Assembly (NCBI RefSeq): GCF_039541115.1
Contig: NZ_BAABFP010000004.1
Location: 124,001-188,000, forward strand
Source: Angustibacter luteus
GTDB taxonomy: Bacteria > Actinomycetota > Actinomycetes > Actinomycetales > Angustibacteraceae
DNA length: 64,000 nucleotides
Direction of reading: 5' to 3'
Each line of letters starts with the position of its first letter. Within the stretch, counting starts at the first letter, position 1. Positions 8,492 to 17,932 of the stretch are shown one piece after another. The translations under genes were made by a program, and so were the position numbers. The notes under the pieces are model-generated. The model was not told the origin of the DNA and did not search any database. It was given only the letters and a program-made list of their open reading frames with translations.

Positions 8492-10578
8492 CGGCGGACC
8501 TCCTCGTCGTCGTTGCGCCCGGCCAGCTGGGCGAGCCGGGCGTTGTACTCGCTGAGCTCGGCGTCGCCGTCCCGGTCGGCCTGGCGGTCGCTCCGGCGCG
8601 CCTCGCGGTCGTCCGAGCGGACCCAGGCGATCGCGATCCCCATGCCGAGCAGCAGCACCGGCAGCTCGCCGACCCCCCAGGCGATCGCGCCGCCGTACTG
8701 CTGGTCGGCCAGCGGGCTGCGTCCCCAGGTGCGCCCCATCGACGCCAGCACCTCGGGCGCGAGCAGCTGGCTGCCCTGGATGAGCGCGACGCCGAAGAAC
8801 GCGTGGAACGCCATGGTGGCGAACAGCAGCAGCAGCCGCATCGGGTACGGCGGGCGGGCCGGGCCGGGGTCGACACCGATCAGCACGTTCGCGAACAGGT
8901 ACCCGACCAGCAGGAAGTGCGCGTGCATCAGGACGTGCCCGGTGTGGGTGCGCAGCGACAGCTCGAACAGCGGCGAGTAGTAGAACGCGATCAGGCTGCC
9001 GGCGAACAGCGCTGCCGCGACCAGCGGGTGACCGAGCACCGCCAGCACCCGCGAGTGGACGACGGCCAGCAACCACTCGCGGGGGCCGCGGCTGCCGTCG
9101 TGGCGCGGACTGAGCGTGCGCAGCGCCAGCGTGACCGGGGCCCCGAGCACCAGCAGCGCCGGCACGACCATCGACATGGTCATGTGGCCGAGCATGTGCG
9201 CGCTGAACAGCACGCGGCCGTACACGCCGGGAGCGCCGCCGGTGGCCCAGACCAGGACGAGGCAGCCGACCACCCACGAGACGGTCCGCATGACCGGCCA
9301 GCCGTCCCCTCGGCGGGCCATCCGCACCGCGCCGGTGACGTACAGGCCGAGCAGCACGACGGCGACCGTCGTCCAGAGCAGGTCGAGCCGCCAGGAGGTG
9401 AGCCAGGTGATCGCCTCGAGCGGCGCCGGCATCGGGTAGCCGGTCAGGGCCAGCGCGGCGTCGCCGCCGGCGTCCTCGGCTCGCGGCGGTGCGCTGTTCG
9501 CGAGCGCCACGGCGACCCCGATCGCGACGCCCATGACGACCAGCTCGCCGGCCACCAGCTGCCAGAACGCGGACTGCGAGCCCGCCCGGGCCGGCTGGGC
9601 GTCGGTAGCGGCCGCGGACATCCGGGCGATCGTGCGGCGGCGGTGGGCGAGCCCGGCGAGGCCGAGCAGGACGAGCGCGACGACCTTGGCCAGCACCAGC
9701 ACCCCGTAGCGGGTGGACAGCCCGGACCAGCCGCCCAGGCGCAGCCAGGCGTTGACCACCCCGGACGCCCCGACCGCCACGAACGCCCACAGCGCCAGGC
9801 TCGAGTAGCGGCGCACGACGACCACGTCGAGGTCCCCGGCGGTGACCGCGGCGCGCAGCAGCATGAGGGCTGCCAGGCCGCCGACCCAGACGGTGACGCC
9901 GACGAGGTGGAACGCGAGGCTGTCGACGGCGAGCTCGTGGTCCGTGGAGCCGGCGGCGTGCCCGGTGAGCGCGACGGGCAGCAGGGCGCCGACGGCGAGC
10001 GCCGCCATCCAGCCGACCGTGTTGAAGCGGGTGGCCACGATCGCGCCGGTGGCGACCACTACGACGACGAGCGAGCTGATCAGCAGCGCGCGCAGCAGGT
10101 CGATCTGGGTGAGGAAGCTCCCGAGCTGCGCGGAGAACCCCGGGGCGCCCGGCGCGACGCCGGACAGGCGGGCGTAGCTGAGCACGAGCACGACGGCGCC
10201 AGCCGCCGCCCACACCAGCGCCGTGGCGCCCGCCAGCCGGACGACGGCGAGCGACGGCCCGTCGATGACCGGGGACGGCGCGTGCCGGACGCCGGACGTC
10301 GGCGACCCAGAGCCGCGGCGGCGCCGTCCGGGCCCGGCGGGTAGGGCCACCGCTGCGAGCACGAGCAGGCCGACGGTCAGGGAGGCGGCGACGTCGTTGA
10401 GCACGCGGGCGACGGGCAGTCCCCAGCGGGTGAGGGCGCCGGCGTCGTCCACGGTGAGCGCGTCGCTCGCGCCGGTGAGCAGTAGGCCGAGGACGCAGGC
10501 CAGCAGGGCGGCCGCTGTGATGGTCGCGGCGATCCGGGTCAGGCGCAGGCCGCGCGGGAGCGAAGCAGAGGCGGCCAT
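8488..10578 (-). CDS. CopD-family / cytochrome c oxidase assembly CtaG (caa3-type) fusion
   Basis: Multi-TM; TGHAAG, H.VGVTVWVGGL (CopD); FSAHMLGHM, H..MH.HF, FHAFF, DQ..GG.IAW..GE (CtaG); leaderless TACGCT-N6-ATG. Confidence 0.88.
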   Translation of the reverse strand: MAASASLPRGLRLTRIAATITAAALLACVLGLLLTGASDALTVDDAGALTRWGLPVARVLNDVAASLTVGLLVLAAVALPAGPGRRRRGSGSPTSGVRHAPSPVIDGPSLAVVRLAGATALVWAAAGAVVLVLSYARLSGVAPGAPGFSAQLGSFLTQIDLLRALLISSLVVVVVATGAIVATRFNTVGWMAALAVGALLPVALTGHAAGSTDHELAVDSLAFHLVGVTVWVGGLAALMLLRAAVTAGDLDVVVVRRYSSLALWAFVAVGASGVVNAWLRLGGWSGLSTRYGVLVLAKVVALVLLGLAGLAHRRRTIARMSAAATDAQPARAGSQSAFWQLVAGELVVMGVAIGVAVALANSAPPRAEDAGGDAALALTGYPMPAPLEAITWLTSWRLDLLWTTVAVVLLGLYVTGAVRMARRGDGWPVMRTVSWVVGCLVLVWATGGAPGVYGRVLFSAHMLGHMTMSMVVPALLVLGAPVTLALRTLSPRHDGSRGPREWLLAVVHSRVLAVLGHPLVAAALFAGSLIAFYYSPLFELSLRTHTGHVLMHAHFLLVGYLFANVLIGVDPGPARPPYPMRLLLLFATMAFHAFFGVALIQGSQLLAPEVLASMGRTWGRSPLADQQYGGAIAWGVGELPVLLLGMGIAIAWVRSDDREARRSDRQADRDGDAELSEYNARLAQLAGRNDDEEVRR

Positions 10579-10646
10579 GTGCTCAGCGTAAGCGTCGGTC
10601 CGGAACGGATTTGCCTTGGAGGCGGAATCCGGGGCACTCTTGGTCG

Positions 10647-10665
10647 GTTGCTTGTATCAAGCAAC
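10647..10665. promoter_or_regulatory. MarR operator palindrome GTTGCTTG-TAT-CAAGCAAC
   Basis: Perfect 8-bp inverted arms just upstream of the marR gene. Confidence 0.7.
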
Positions 10666-10698
10666 TAATCACTAGAGCGACGAAGAGGGGGCTCCGCT

Positions 10699-11187
10699 GT
10701 GTCCGACCTCAGGCCCGCCGCCGCGGAGCTCGGCAACCAGGTCGTCCGGCTCACCCGGCAGATCGGCGTCCTGCGCGCGCACGCGACGTCCAAGCAGCGC
10801 CACGGCGTCGAGTCGTCCTCGTTCGTGCTGCTCTTCCACCTGGTCAAGCACGGTGAGCCGATGCGCTCCAGCTCGCTGGCCGACGTGGTGTGCGCCGACC
10901 CGTCCACGATCAGCCGGCAGACGGCGTCCCTGGTCGACGCGGGGCTCGTCGAGCGCCGTCCGGACCCGGACGACGGCCGCGCCGTCCAGCTCGTGGCCAC
11001 CGAGAAGGGCCACGCGCTGTTCTCCGAGATGCGGGACGAGCGCGACGACCTCATCACGAGCGTCCTCGTGGACTGGCAGGCCGACGACGTCCGCCAGCTC
11101 GCCGCCCTGCTCGACCGCTTCAGCACCGACCTCGAACGTCACCGCCCGCGCATCATGAACAAACTCGATACCCAGGAGACCGCATGA
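10699..11187 (+). CDS. MarR-family transcriptional regulator
   Basis: LADVVCADPSTISRQTASLVDAGLVERRPDPDDGRA winged HTH. Confidence 0.92.
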   Translation: MSDLRPAAAELGNQVVRLTRQIGVLRAHATSKQRHGVESSSFVLLFHLVKHGEPMRSSSLADVVCADPSTISRQTASLVDAGLVERRPDPDDGRAVQLVATEKGHALFSEMRDERDDLITSVLVDWQADDVRQLAALLDRFSTDLERHRPRIMNKLDTQETA

Positions 11188-12863
11188 CCACCGACGCCAC
11201 GGCGTCCATCGAGTCCATCGATGACGGAGGCCTCACCCACCGCCAGATCCTGACGATCCTCGTCGGCCTGATGATGGGCATGTTCCTCGCCGCCCTCGAC
11301 CAGACCATCGTCGCCACCGCGATCCGCACGATCGCCGACGACCTGCACGGGCTGTCCGTCCAGGCCTGGGTGACCACCGCGTACCTGATCACCTCGACGA
11401 TCACGACGCCGCTGTACGGCAAGCTCTCCGACATCTACGGGCGCAAGCCGCTGTTCATCACGGCGATCTCAGTCTTCGTCGTCGGGTCGCTCGCCTGCTC
11501 GTTCGCCACCTCGATGTACCAGCTCGCCGGGTTCCGCGCGCTGCAGGGCATCGGCGCCGGCGGTCTGTTCTCGATGGCGCTGGCGATCATCGGCGACATC
11601 GTGCCGCCGCGTGAGCGCGCCAAGTACCAGGGGTACTTCCTGGCCGTCTTCGGCACCTCGAGCGTCCTCGGCCCGGTCGTCGGCGGCTTCTTCGCCGGGC
11701 AGGCGACCATCCTCGGCATCACCGGGTGGCGCTGGGTCTTCCTCGTCAACGTGCCGATCGGCATCCTGGCGCTGTTCGTCGTCAACCACACCCTGAACAT
11801 CGCGCACCACCCGCACCCGCACCGCATCGACTGGAAGGGCGCCGTCGCGCTCACCGTGGGCCTCGTCCCGCTGCTGACCGTCGCCGAGCAGGGCCGCGAG
11901 TGGGGCTGGGACTCGGGCTGGGCGATCACCTGCTACGTCATCGGCCTGATCGGCGTCGCCGCGTTCTTCCTCGCCGAGCGGTCGATGGGCGACGAGGCGC
12001 TGATCCCGCTGCGGCTGTTCAAGGACCGCACCGTCTCGATCAGCACCGTCGCCAACGTCGTGCTGGGCATGGGCCTGTTCGGTGGCGTCTCGGTGCTGCC
12101 GCTCTACCTGCAGATCGTCAAGGGCTCGTCGCCGACCGAGGCCGGCCTGCAGCTCCTGCCGCTGACACTGGGCATCATGTCCGGCTCGATCGTCTCCGGC
12201 CAGATCATCTCCCGCACGGGCAAGTACCGGGTGTTCCCGATCATCGGCGCCTCGCTGATGCTCGTCGGCCTGCTGCTGTTCGCGCAGGTCGGGGCGGACA
12301 CCCCGATCTGGCAGACCATGATCGTCATGCTCATCTTCGGCCTGGGCCTCGGTAACTGCCTGCAGCCGCTGGTGCTGGCGATCCAGAACGCTGTCTCGCC
12401 GCGCGACATCGGCGTCGGCACGGCGTCCGCGACGTTCTTCCGGCAGATCGGTGGCACGCTCGGCGTCGCCATCTTCCTGTCGATCCTGTTCAGCAGCCTG
12501 CCGAAGAACATCGCGTCGTCGTTCGCGGCGGCCAAGAACAGCCCGGACTTCATCGCGGCCCTCACGGACCCGAAGAACGCCGAGTTCGCCAAGCAGCTCA
12601 AGTCCGGCGCCGTGGGTGGCTCCAGCTCGACGCTGAACGACTCGTCGTTCCTGAACGGCCTGGACTCGCGCCTCGCGCACCCGTTCCTGGTCGGGTTCTC
12701 GGACTCGATGCAGCTCGTGTTCCTGAGCGCCGCCGTCGTGGTGGCGATCGGCCTGGTCGTGGTCTGCTTCCTGCCGGCCAACGAGCTGCGGACCCAGTCG
12801 GGTCTGCAGGCCGCCCAGTCCGAGCGGGACGCGGCCGCCCTCGAGGCCGGCCCCGCGCTCTAA
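11184..12863 (+). CDS. MFS DHA2 (EmrB/QacA-type) efflux transporter
   Basis: LAALDQTIV, GKLSDIYGRK, RALQGIGAGG, WRWVFLVNVPIG; ATGA coupling to marR; AGGAG RBS. Confidence 0.92.
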   Translation: MTTDATASIESIDDGGLTHRQILTILVGLMMGMFLAALDQTIVATAIRTIADDLHGLSVQAWVTTAYLITSTITTPLYGKLSDIYGRKPLFITAISVFVVGSLACSFATSMYQLAGFRALQGIGAGGLFSMALAIIGDIVPPRERAKYQGYFLAVFGTSSVLGPVVGGFFAGQATILGITGWRWVFLVNVPIGILALFVVNHTLNIAHHPHPHRIDWKGAVALTVGLVPLLTVAEQGREWGWDSGWAITCYVIGLIGVAAFFLAERSMGDEALIPLRLFKDRTVSISTVANVVLGMGLFGGVSVLPLYLQIVKGSSPTEAGLQLLPLTLGIMSGSIVSGQIISRTGKYRVFPIIGASLMLVGLLLFAQVGADTPIWQTMIVMLIFGLGLGNCLQPLVLAIQNAVSPRDIGVGTASATFFRQIGGTLGVAIFLSILFSSLPKNIASSFAAAKNSPDFIAALTDPKNAEFAKQLKSGAVGGSSSTLNDSSFLNGLDSRLAHPFLVGFSDSMQLVFLSAAVVVAIGLVVVCFLPANELRTQSGLQAAQSERDAAALEAGPAL

Positions 12864-12885
12864 GCACCACCCGCTGGCCACGCTC

Positions 12886-12941
12886 AGATCAGAGAAGTGG
12901 GGCACCTGAGACGACTCAGGTGCCCCACTTCTCTGGTTTCG
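12886..12941. repeat. Palindromic direct repeat, copy 1 (21-bp perfect stem, ACGA loop)
   Basis: CAGAGAAGTGGGGCACCTGAG (12890-12910) / CTCAGGTGCCCCACTTCTCTG (12915-12935). Confidence 0.95.
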
Positions 12942-12997
12942 CCGCGGCCTGTGGATGGCCGACGACGCGCGGCAGGCCGTTCTGCCAGGGTCGGGCG

Positions 12998-13888
12998 ATG
13001 CCCAGCCAGAGCGAGCTCCCGACGGCCCTCATCGGTCGACCGTTCACCGTCGCGGAGGCGCTCGCTCTCGGGGCGTCGCGCGACGTCCTGCGCGGCAACC
13101 GATTTCGCACCCCGTTCCGAGGCGTCCGGATCCCCGTCGAGTTCGAGGACACCCTGACGACGCGCTGCCTAGCGGCGACGTTGGTGCTGCCGAAGGACTC
13201 TGTGTTCAGCCACGCAACGGCCGCCCGCATACATGCGCTGCCGGTGCCGGGTCACTGGCGGGACGGCCCCCTGCACGTCTCGACGGCGACCCACGGCCTT
13301 CGCCGCCAGGGCATGGAGATCCACCTCGCTAGCAACCTGCTGTCCGGCGTCGACGACGACCACGCACTTCCCATCCGAGCAGCCGCCCAGTGCTGGGCCG
13401 AGCTGGCCACCCAGCTTCCGGTGGACGAGCTCGTCGTCGTGGGGGATGCGGCCCTTCGCCGTGGTCTGGTCACACAGACCGAGCTGACGATGCTGGTGGG
13501 CAGCCTGACTGGACGTCGCGGCGTTCGACGGCTGCACCGAGCGCTGCCGCTGCTGGAGCCCGCGACCGATTCTCCGATGGAGACGAGGACCCGTCTGTTG
13601 CTCGTCCGGGCCGGCCTGCCGCGTCCGGTGGCCAACCGCGACGTCGTCGTGGACGGCGTGTGGCTGGCCCGCCCCGACCTCAGCTACCCGGACCTGAAGA
13701 TCGCCATCGAGTACGAGGGCGACCACCACCGCACCGACCGCAGGCAGTGGCTGCGCGACAAGACGAGGCGAAGACTGCTGGAGGACGCCGGGTGGATCGT
13801 CATCGAGGTCACCTCGGTCGACGTCCACCTCACACCCGCCGTCACCGTCGCCCGAGTGAGCGCTGCGATCGCCTCACGGTCGAAGTAG
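12998..13888 (+). CDS. AbiEi-like N-terminal / DUF559 (Vsr-like PD-(D/E)XK) endonuclease-domain protein
   Basis: FSHATAA; DSPMETRTRL; RPDLSY...IAIEYEGDHH...RD..R...L...GW.VI; CAGGGT-N6-ATG leaderless start. Confidence 0.85.
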   Translation: MPSQSELPTALIGRPFTVAEALALGASRDVLRGNRFRTPFRGVRIPVEFEDTLTTRCLAATLVLPKDSVFSHATAARIHALPVPGHWRDGPLHVSTATHGLRRQGMEIHLASNLLSGVDDDHALPIRAAAQCWAELATQLPVDELVVVGDAALRRGLVTQTELTMLVGSLTGRRGVRRLHRALPLLEPATDSPMETRTRLLLVRAGLPRPVANRDVVVDGVWLARPDLSYPDLKIAIEYEGDHHRTDRRQWLRDKTRRRLLEDAGWIVIEVTSVDVHLTPAVTVARVSAAIASRSK

Positions 13889-13894
13889 TCGGCG

Positions 13895-13950
13895 AGATCA
13901 GAGAAGTGGGGCACCTGAGGTGACTCAGGTGCCCCACTTCTCTGGTTTCG
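13895..13950. repeat. Palindromic direct repeat, copy 2 (21-bp perfect stem, GTGA loop)
   Basis: 54/56 identical to copy 1; only two loop bases differ; stem 13899-13919 / 13924-13944. Confidence 0.95.
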
Positions 13951-13969
13951 ACGCGGCGAGCGCGGGGGG

Positions 13970-15508
13970 CTAGGCCCAGACGAGGGCCTTCTCGGGGCGC
14001 TCGAGCACGGCCGCGACGTCCGCGATGAAGCGGCTGCCGAGGTCGCCATCCACCAACCGGTGGTCGAAGCTCAGCCCGAGCGTCGTCACCTGCCGGACGG
14101 CGAGCTTGCCCTTGTGCACCCACGGCCGCGGCGCGATCTGGCCGATGCACAGGATCGACGCCTCGCCGGGGTTCAGGATCGGCGTCCCGGTGTCCACGCC
14201 GAACACGCCGACGTTGGTGATCGACATGGTGCCGCCGGACATCTCGGCCGGCTGGGTCCGCCCGGCGCGCGCGGTCTCGGTCAGGTCGGCCAGCGCATCT
14301 GCGAGCTCACGCAGCGAGAGCAGGTGCGCGTCCTTGATGTTCGGCACCACCAGCCCCCGAGGAGTGGCCGCCGCGATGCCCAGGTTCACGTAGTGCTTGA
14401 CCACGATCTCCTGATTCGCCTCGTCCCAGGCGGCGTTGATCTGCGGGTTGCGCTTCGCCGCGATGAGCATCGCCTTCGCCACGATGAGCAGCGGCGAGAC
14501 CTTGACGTCGCGGAACTCGCGGTCCGCCCGCAGCCGCTCGACGAGCTTCATGGTGCGGGTCGCGTCGATCGTCACGAACTCCGTGACGTGCGGCGCGGTG
14601 AACGCCGAGCCCACCATGGCCTGCGCGGTCATCTTGCGGACGCCCTTGATCGGCACCCGCGTCTCGCGCTCACCCGGTGCGGGCGACATCGCCGCGGGAG
14701 CGACGACGCCCGGCTCGGACGTCGCACCCTCGAGGTGCGCCTGCACGTCCTCGCGCGTGACGACCCCACCGGGACCGCTCGGGGTCACCGACGTCAGGTC
14801 GACGCCCATGTCCTTCGCGAGCTTGCGGACCGGCGGCTTGGCCAGCGCGCGGACGTGCGCGACGGGCTGCTCGTCGTGCCCGAGGTGACCAGGCAGGTCG
14901 GCGTGCGGCGCCCGGTGCGGCTCGACCGGGGGCAGCTCGGCCTCTTCGGCGAGCTCCTGCGACACCATCCGGCCGACCTCGAAGCCGCCGTGGCGGACGG
15001 GCTTGACGCCCTCCTCGCTGAAGGTGTCCACGTTGGCCTTGCGCGGACGGCGCTTGGCGGACGTCGTCCGAGGCCCGTAGCCGACGAGGACCGAGGTGCG
15101 CCCACCCGGGGCCGGGCCGCCGATCAGGCCGGGCTCGATGGCGCCCTCCTCGGGTGCCTCGTCGACGTCGGTCGCGCCCTCGACGGCGCCCGGGGGCTCC
15201 GGCGACCGGTGCGAACCGCCCGCGGACTCCGGCTCCGGCGTGCCGGGCCCAGCCGAACCCGTGGGGTCGACGTCCACCGAGATGATCGGCGTGCCGACGT
15301 CCACGGTGGTGCCCTCGGCGACGAGCAGCTCGGCGACGACTCCCGCGAACGGGGTCGGCAGCTCGACCAGCGACTTCGCGGTCTCGATCTCGACCACGAT
15401 GTCGTTGGTGCGCACGGTGTCGCCTGGCTTGACCTTCCAGGTGACGATCTCGGCCTCGGTCAGACCCTCTCCGACGTCGGGCAGGCGGAACTGCTTCAGA
15501 TCAGGCAC
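13970..15508 (-). CDS. 2-oxoacid dehydrogenase E2 (dihydrolipoamide acyltransferase)
   Basis: Lipoyl domain LPDVGEGL..ETAKS, E3-binding AKPPVRKLAKD, catalytic FDHRLVDG. Confidence 0.95.
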   Translation of the reverse strand: MPDLKQFRLPDVGEGLTEAEIVTWKVKPGDTVRTNDIVVEIETAKSLVELPTPFAGVVAELLVAEGTTVDVGTPIISVDVDPTGSAGPGTPEPESAGGSHRSPEPPGAVEGATDVDEAPEEGAIEPGLIGGPAPGGRTSVLVGYGPRTTSAKRRPRKANVDTFSEEGVKPVRHGGFEVGRMVSQELAEEAELPPVEPHRAPHADLPGHLGHDEQPVAHVRALAKPPVRKLAKDMGVDLTSVTPSGPGGVVTREDVQAHLEGATSEPGVVAPAAMSPAPGERETRVPIKGVRKMTAQAMVGSAFTAPHVTEFVTIDATRTMKLVERLRADREFRDVKVSPLLIVAKAMLIAAKRNPQINAAWDEANQEIVVKHYVNLGIAAATPRGLVVPNIKDAHLLSLRELADALADLTETARAGRTQPAEMSGGTMSITNVGVFGVDTGTPILNPGEASILCIGQIAPRPWVHKGKLAVRQVTTLGLSFDHRLVDGDLGSRFIADVAAVLERPEKALVWA

Positions 15509-15523
15509 GTGTCCGTCCTTTCC

Positions 15524-16507
15524 TCAGTACGCGAGCGAGCGGTCGACGGCGTCGAGCACCCGGTCGAGGTCCGGCAGGAACTCCTCCTCGAGCTTGCTCG
15601 GCGGGTACGGCAGGTTGTAGCCGCCGACCCGGAGCACGGGCGCCTCGAGGTGGTAGAAGCAGCGCTCGCTCAGCCGGGCCGCCACCTCGGCGCCCATGCC
15701 GAGGAACGTCGTCGCCTCGTGCACGACGACCAACCGGCCGGTCTTCTCGACCGATGCGGCGATCGTGTCGACGTCCAGCGGGGACAGCGACCGCAGGTCG
15801 ACGACCTCGATGCTGCGACCCTCCTCCGCGGCCGCTGTGGCGGCCTCGACGCAGGTCTTGACCATCGGCCCGTAGGCGGCCACGGTCACGTGCTCGCCCT
15901 CGCGGACGACCTTGGCCTGGTGCAGGGGGAACGCGCCCGCCAGCGTCGCGTCCTCGGGCAGGTCGGCCTTCTCCCAGTAGCGCCGCTTGGGCTCGTAGAA
16001 GATCACCGGGTCGTCGCTGGCGATGGCCTGCTGGATCATGAAGTGCGCGTCGACGGGGTCGGCGCAGCAGACGACGCGCAGCCCCGCGGTGTGCGCGAAG
16101 TACGCCTCGTTCGACTCGCTGTGGTGCTCGACCGCGCCGATACCGCCACCGACCGGGATCCGGACGACGACGGGCAGCTTGATCTTGCCGAGCGAGCGCG
16201 CCCGCATCTTGGCCAGCTGGGACACGATCTGGTCGAAGGCAGGGTAGACGAAGCCGTCGAACTGGATCTCGCAGACCGGTCGGTAGCCGCGCAGGGCCAT
16301 GCCGATCGCCGTCCCGATGATGCCGGACTCGGCGAGCGGGGCGTCGATGACGCGGTCCTCGCCGAAGTCCTTCTGCAGGCCGTCGGTGACCCGGAAGACG
16401 CCACCGAGCTTGCCGATGTCCTCACCCATGATGAGGACCTTCGGGTCTGCCTCCATGGCCGCGCGCAGGCCGGTGTTGATGCCCTTGGCCAGGCTGATCT
16501 GCGCCAT
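15524..16507 (-). CDS. 2-oxoacid (pyruvate/branched-chain) dehydrogenase E1 beta subunit
   Basis: GEDIGKLGGVFRVT, DAPLAESG, EIQFDGF, EHHSES. Confidence 0.95.
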   Translation of the reverse strand: MAQISLAKGINTGLRAAMEADPKVLIMGEDIGKLGGVFRVTDGLQKDFGEDRVIDAPLAESGIIGTAIGMALRGYRPVCEIQFDGFVYPAFDQIVSQLAKMRARSLGKIKLPVVVRIPVGGGIGAVEHHSESNEAYFAHTAGLRVVCCADPVDAHFMIQQAIASDDPVIFYEPKRRYWEKADLPEDATLAGAFPLHQAKVVREGEHVTVAAYGPMVKTCVEAATAAAEEGRSIEVVDLRSLSPLDVDTIAASVEKTGRLVVVHEATTFLGMGAEVAARLSERCFYHLEAPVLRVGGYNLPYPPSKLEEEFLPDLDRVLDAVDRSLAY

Positions 16508-16508
16508 C

Positions 16509-17672
16509 TCAGTGCCCTCCCTCGTGGCCGGCATCCGCGAAGGACTCCAGGTACTCGGCGAACTCGGCGCGCTCCTGCGCGACCAACGGGTGCTCGTCGA
16601 CGTAGACGTGCTCGAACATGTCGAGGGGCTTGGGGTCGGGCAGGTCCAGGCAGCCCTGCCGCACGTGCGCGGCGAGCTCGTCGGACTCGGCGTCGAGGGC
16701 GTTGAAGAAGTCCTCGTCCGCCATGCCGTTCGCCACCAGGTGCGCGCGCAACCGGGAGATCGGGTCGCGCTCCTTCCACACCTCGACCTCGGCGGAGACG
16801 CGGTAGCGGGTCGGGTCGTCGGACGTCGTGTGCGCGCCCATCCGGTAGGTGAACGCCTCGACGAACGTCGGGCCGTTGCCGTTGCGCGCGTTGTCCAGCG
16901 CCGCCTTGGTCACCGCGTACACGGCGAGGACGTCGTTGCCGTCCACCCGCACGCCCGGGAAGCCGAAGCCCGCCGCACGCTTGTAGAGCGGGATGCGGGT
17001 CTGCCGCTCGCTGGGCTCGCTGATCGCCCACTGGTTGTTCTGGCAGAAGAACACGACCGGCGCGTTCTGCACCGCGGCGAAGACGAACGCCTCGTTGACG
17101 TCGCCCTGCGAGGTGGCGCCGTCGCCGAAGTAGGCGATGACGGCGGCGTCGCGGCCCGGCTCGCCGGTGCCCACCGCGTGGTCGCGCTGGATACCCATCG
17201 CGTAGCCGGTCGCGTGCAGCGTCTGCGCGCCGATCACGATCGTGTAGAGGTGGAAGTTCTTCTCGTTCGGGTCCCAGCCGCCGTGGTTCACGCCCCGGAA
17301 CAGGCCGAGCAGGTTCAGCGGGTCGACCCCGCGGCACCAGGCGACGCCGTGCTCCCGGTAGGTCGGGAACGCGTAGTCCTGCGGCGCCATGGCCCGACCG
17401 GAGCCGACCTGGGCGGCCTCTTGGCCGAGCAGGCTGGCCCAGATGCCCAGCTCACCCTGGCGCTGCAGCGCGGTCGCCTCGGCGTCGACGCGGCGCACGA
17501 GCACCAGGTCGCGGTAGAGCGCGCGCAGGTCCTCGGGCTGCAGGTCAGCCACGTAGTGCGAGTACTCGGGATGCTCGACGCGCTCACCGGCGGGGGTGAG
17601 CAGCTGGACGAGATCGGGGCCGCCGTCGATGGTGCTGACGCCGACCTCGCTCCCGACGACGCTGTCGGTCAC
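16509..17672 (-). CDS. 2-oxoacid (pyruvate/branched-chain) dehydrogenase E1 alpha subunit
   Basis: GQEA, TYREH, GDGATSQGD...NNQWAIS TPP motif, YRMGAHTTSDDP; AAGGAG RBS before GTG 17672. Confidence 0.95.
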   Translation of the reverse strand: MTDSVVGSEVGVSTIDGGPDLVQLLTPAGERVEHPEYSHYVADLQPEDLRALYRDLVLVRRVDAEATALQRQGELGIWASLLGQEAAQVGSGRAMAPQDYAFPTYREHGVAWCRGVDPLNLLGLFRGVNHGGWDPNEKNFHLYTIVIGAQTLHATGYAMGIQRDHAVGTGEPGRDAAVIAYFGDGATSQGDVNEAFVFAAVQNAPVVFFCQNNQWAISEPSERQTRIPLYKRAAGFGFPGVRVDGNDVLAVYAVTKAALDNARNGNGPTFVEAFTYRMGAHTTSDDPTRYRVSAEVEVWKERDPISRLRAHLVANGMADEDFFNALDAESDELAAHVRQGCLDLPDPKPLDMFEHVYVDEHPLVAQERAEFAEYLESFADAGHEGGH

Positions 17673-17932
17673 GTGGTTCTCCTTCGTCGACCCCGCGCGA
17701 GGGTGACCCGTCGCGGGAACTGACCAGTGGTGCCGCCGCACGGCCGGAGGATGGCCCGGACGGACGTCGGTGCAGCAGTGACCGCTGTGGCGCGGGTCAC
17801 GGCCGTTCAAGGAGACAACGTACCTGCCCGGATGCGTCCCGAGCGAACGGGCCGGACGCCGAAGGGGTGACGCGCGCGGATCGTCGCCGTCTCAGCAGGC
17901 GGACCGATCGGGGCCAGCGTGGGGAGGATCGG

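Noticed and set aside
7673..10213. 846-aa ORF as an extended nitrilase
   Set aside because: The upstream part is an Arg/Gly-rich off-frame reading of the CopD-CtaG gene; the true start is GTG 8491.
12950..12958. TGTGGATGG resembling a DnaA box upstream of the DUF559 gene
   Set aside because: Two mismatches from TGTGGATAA and a single copy; not distinguishable from chance without homolog alignment.
12886..13950. CRISPR array or IS element interpretation of the palindromic repeats
   Set aside because: Only two copies separated by a 1-kb gene; no cas genes, no DDE or HUH transposase motif, and no clear target-site duplication.
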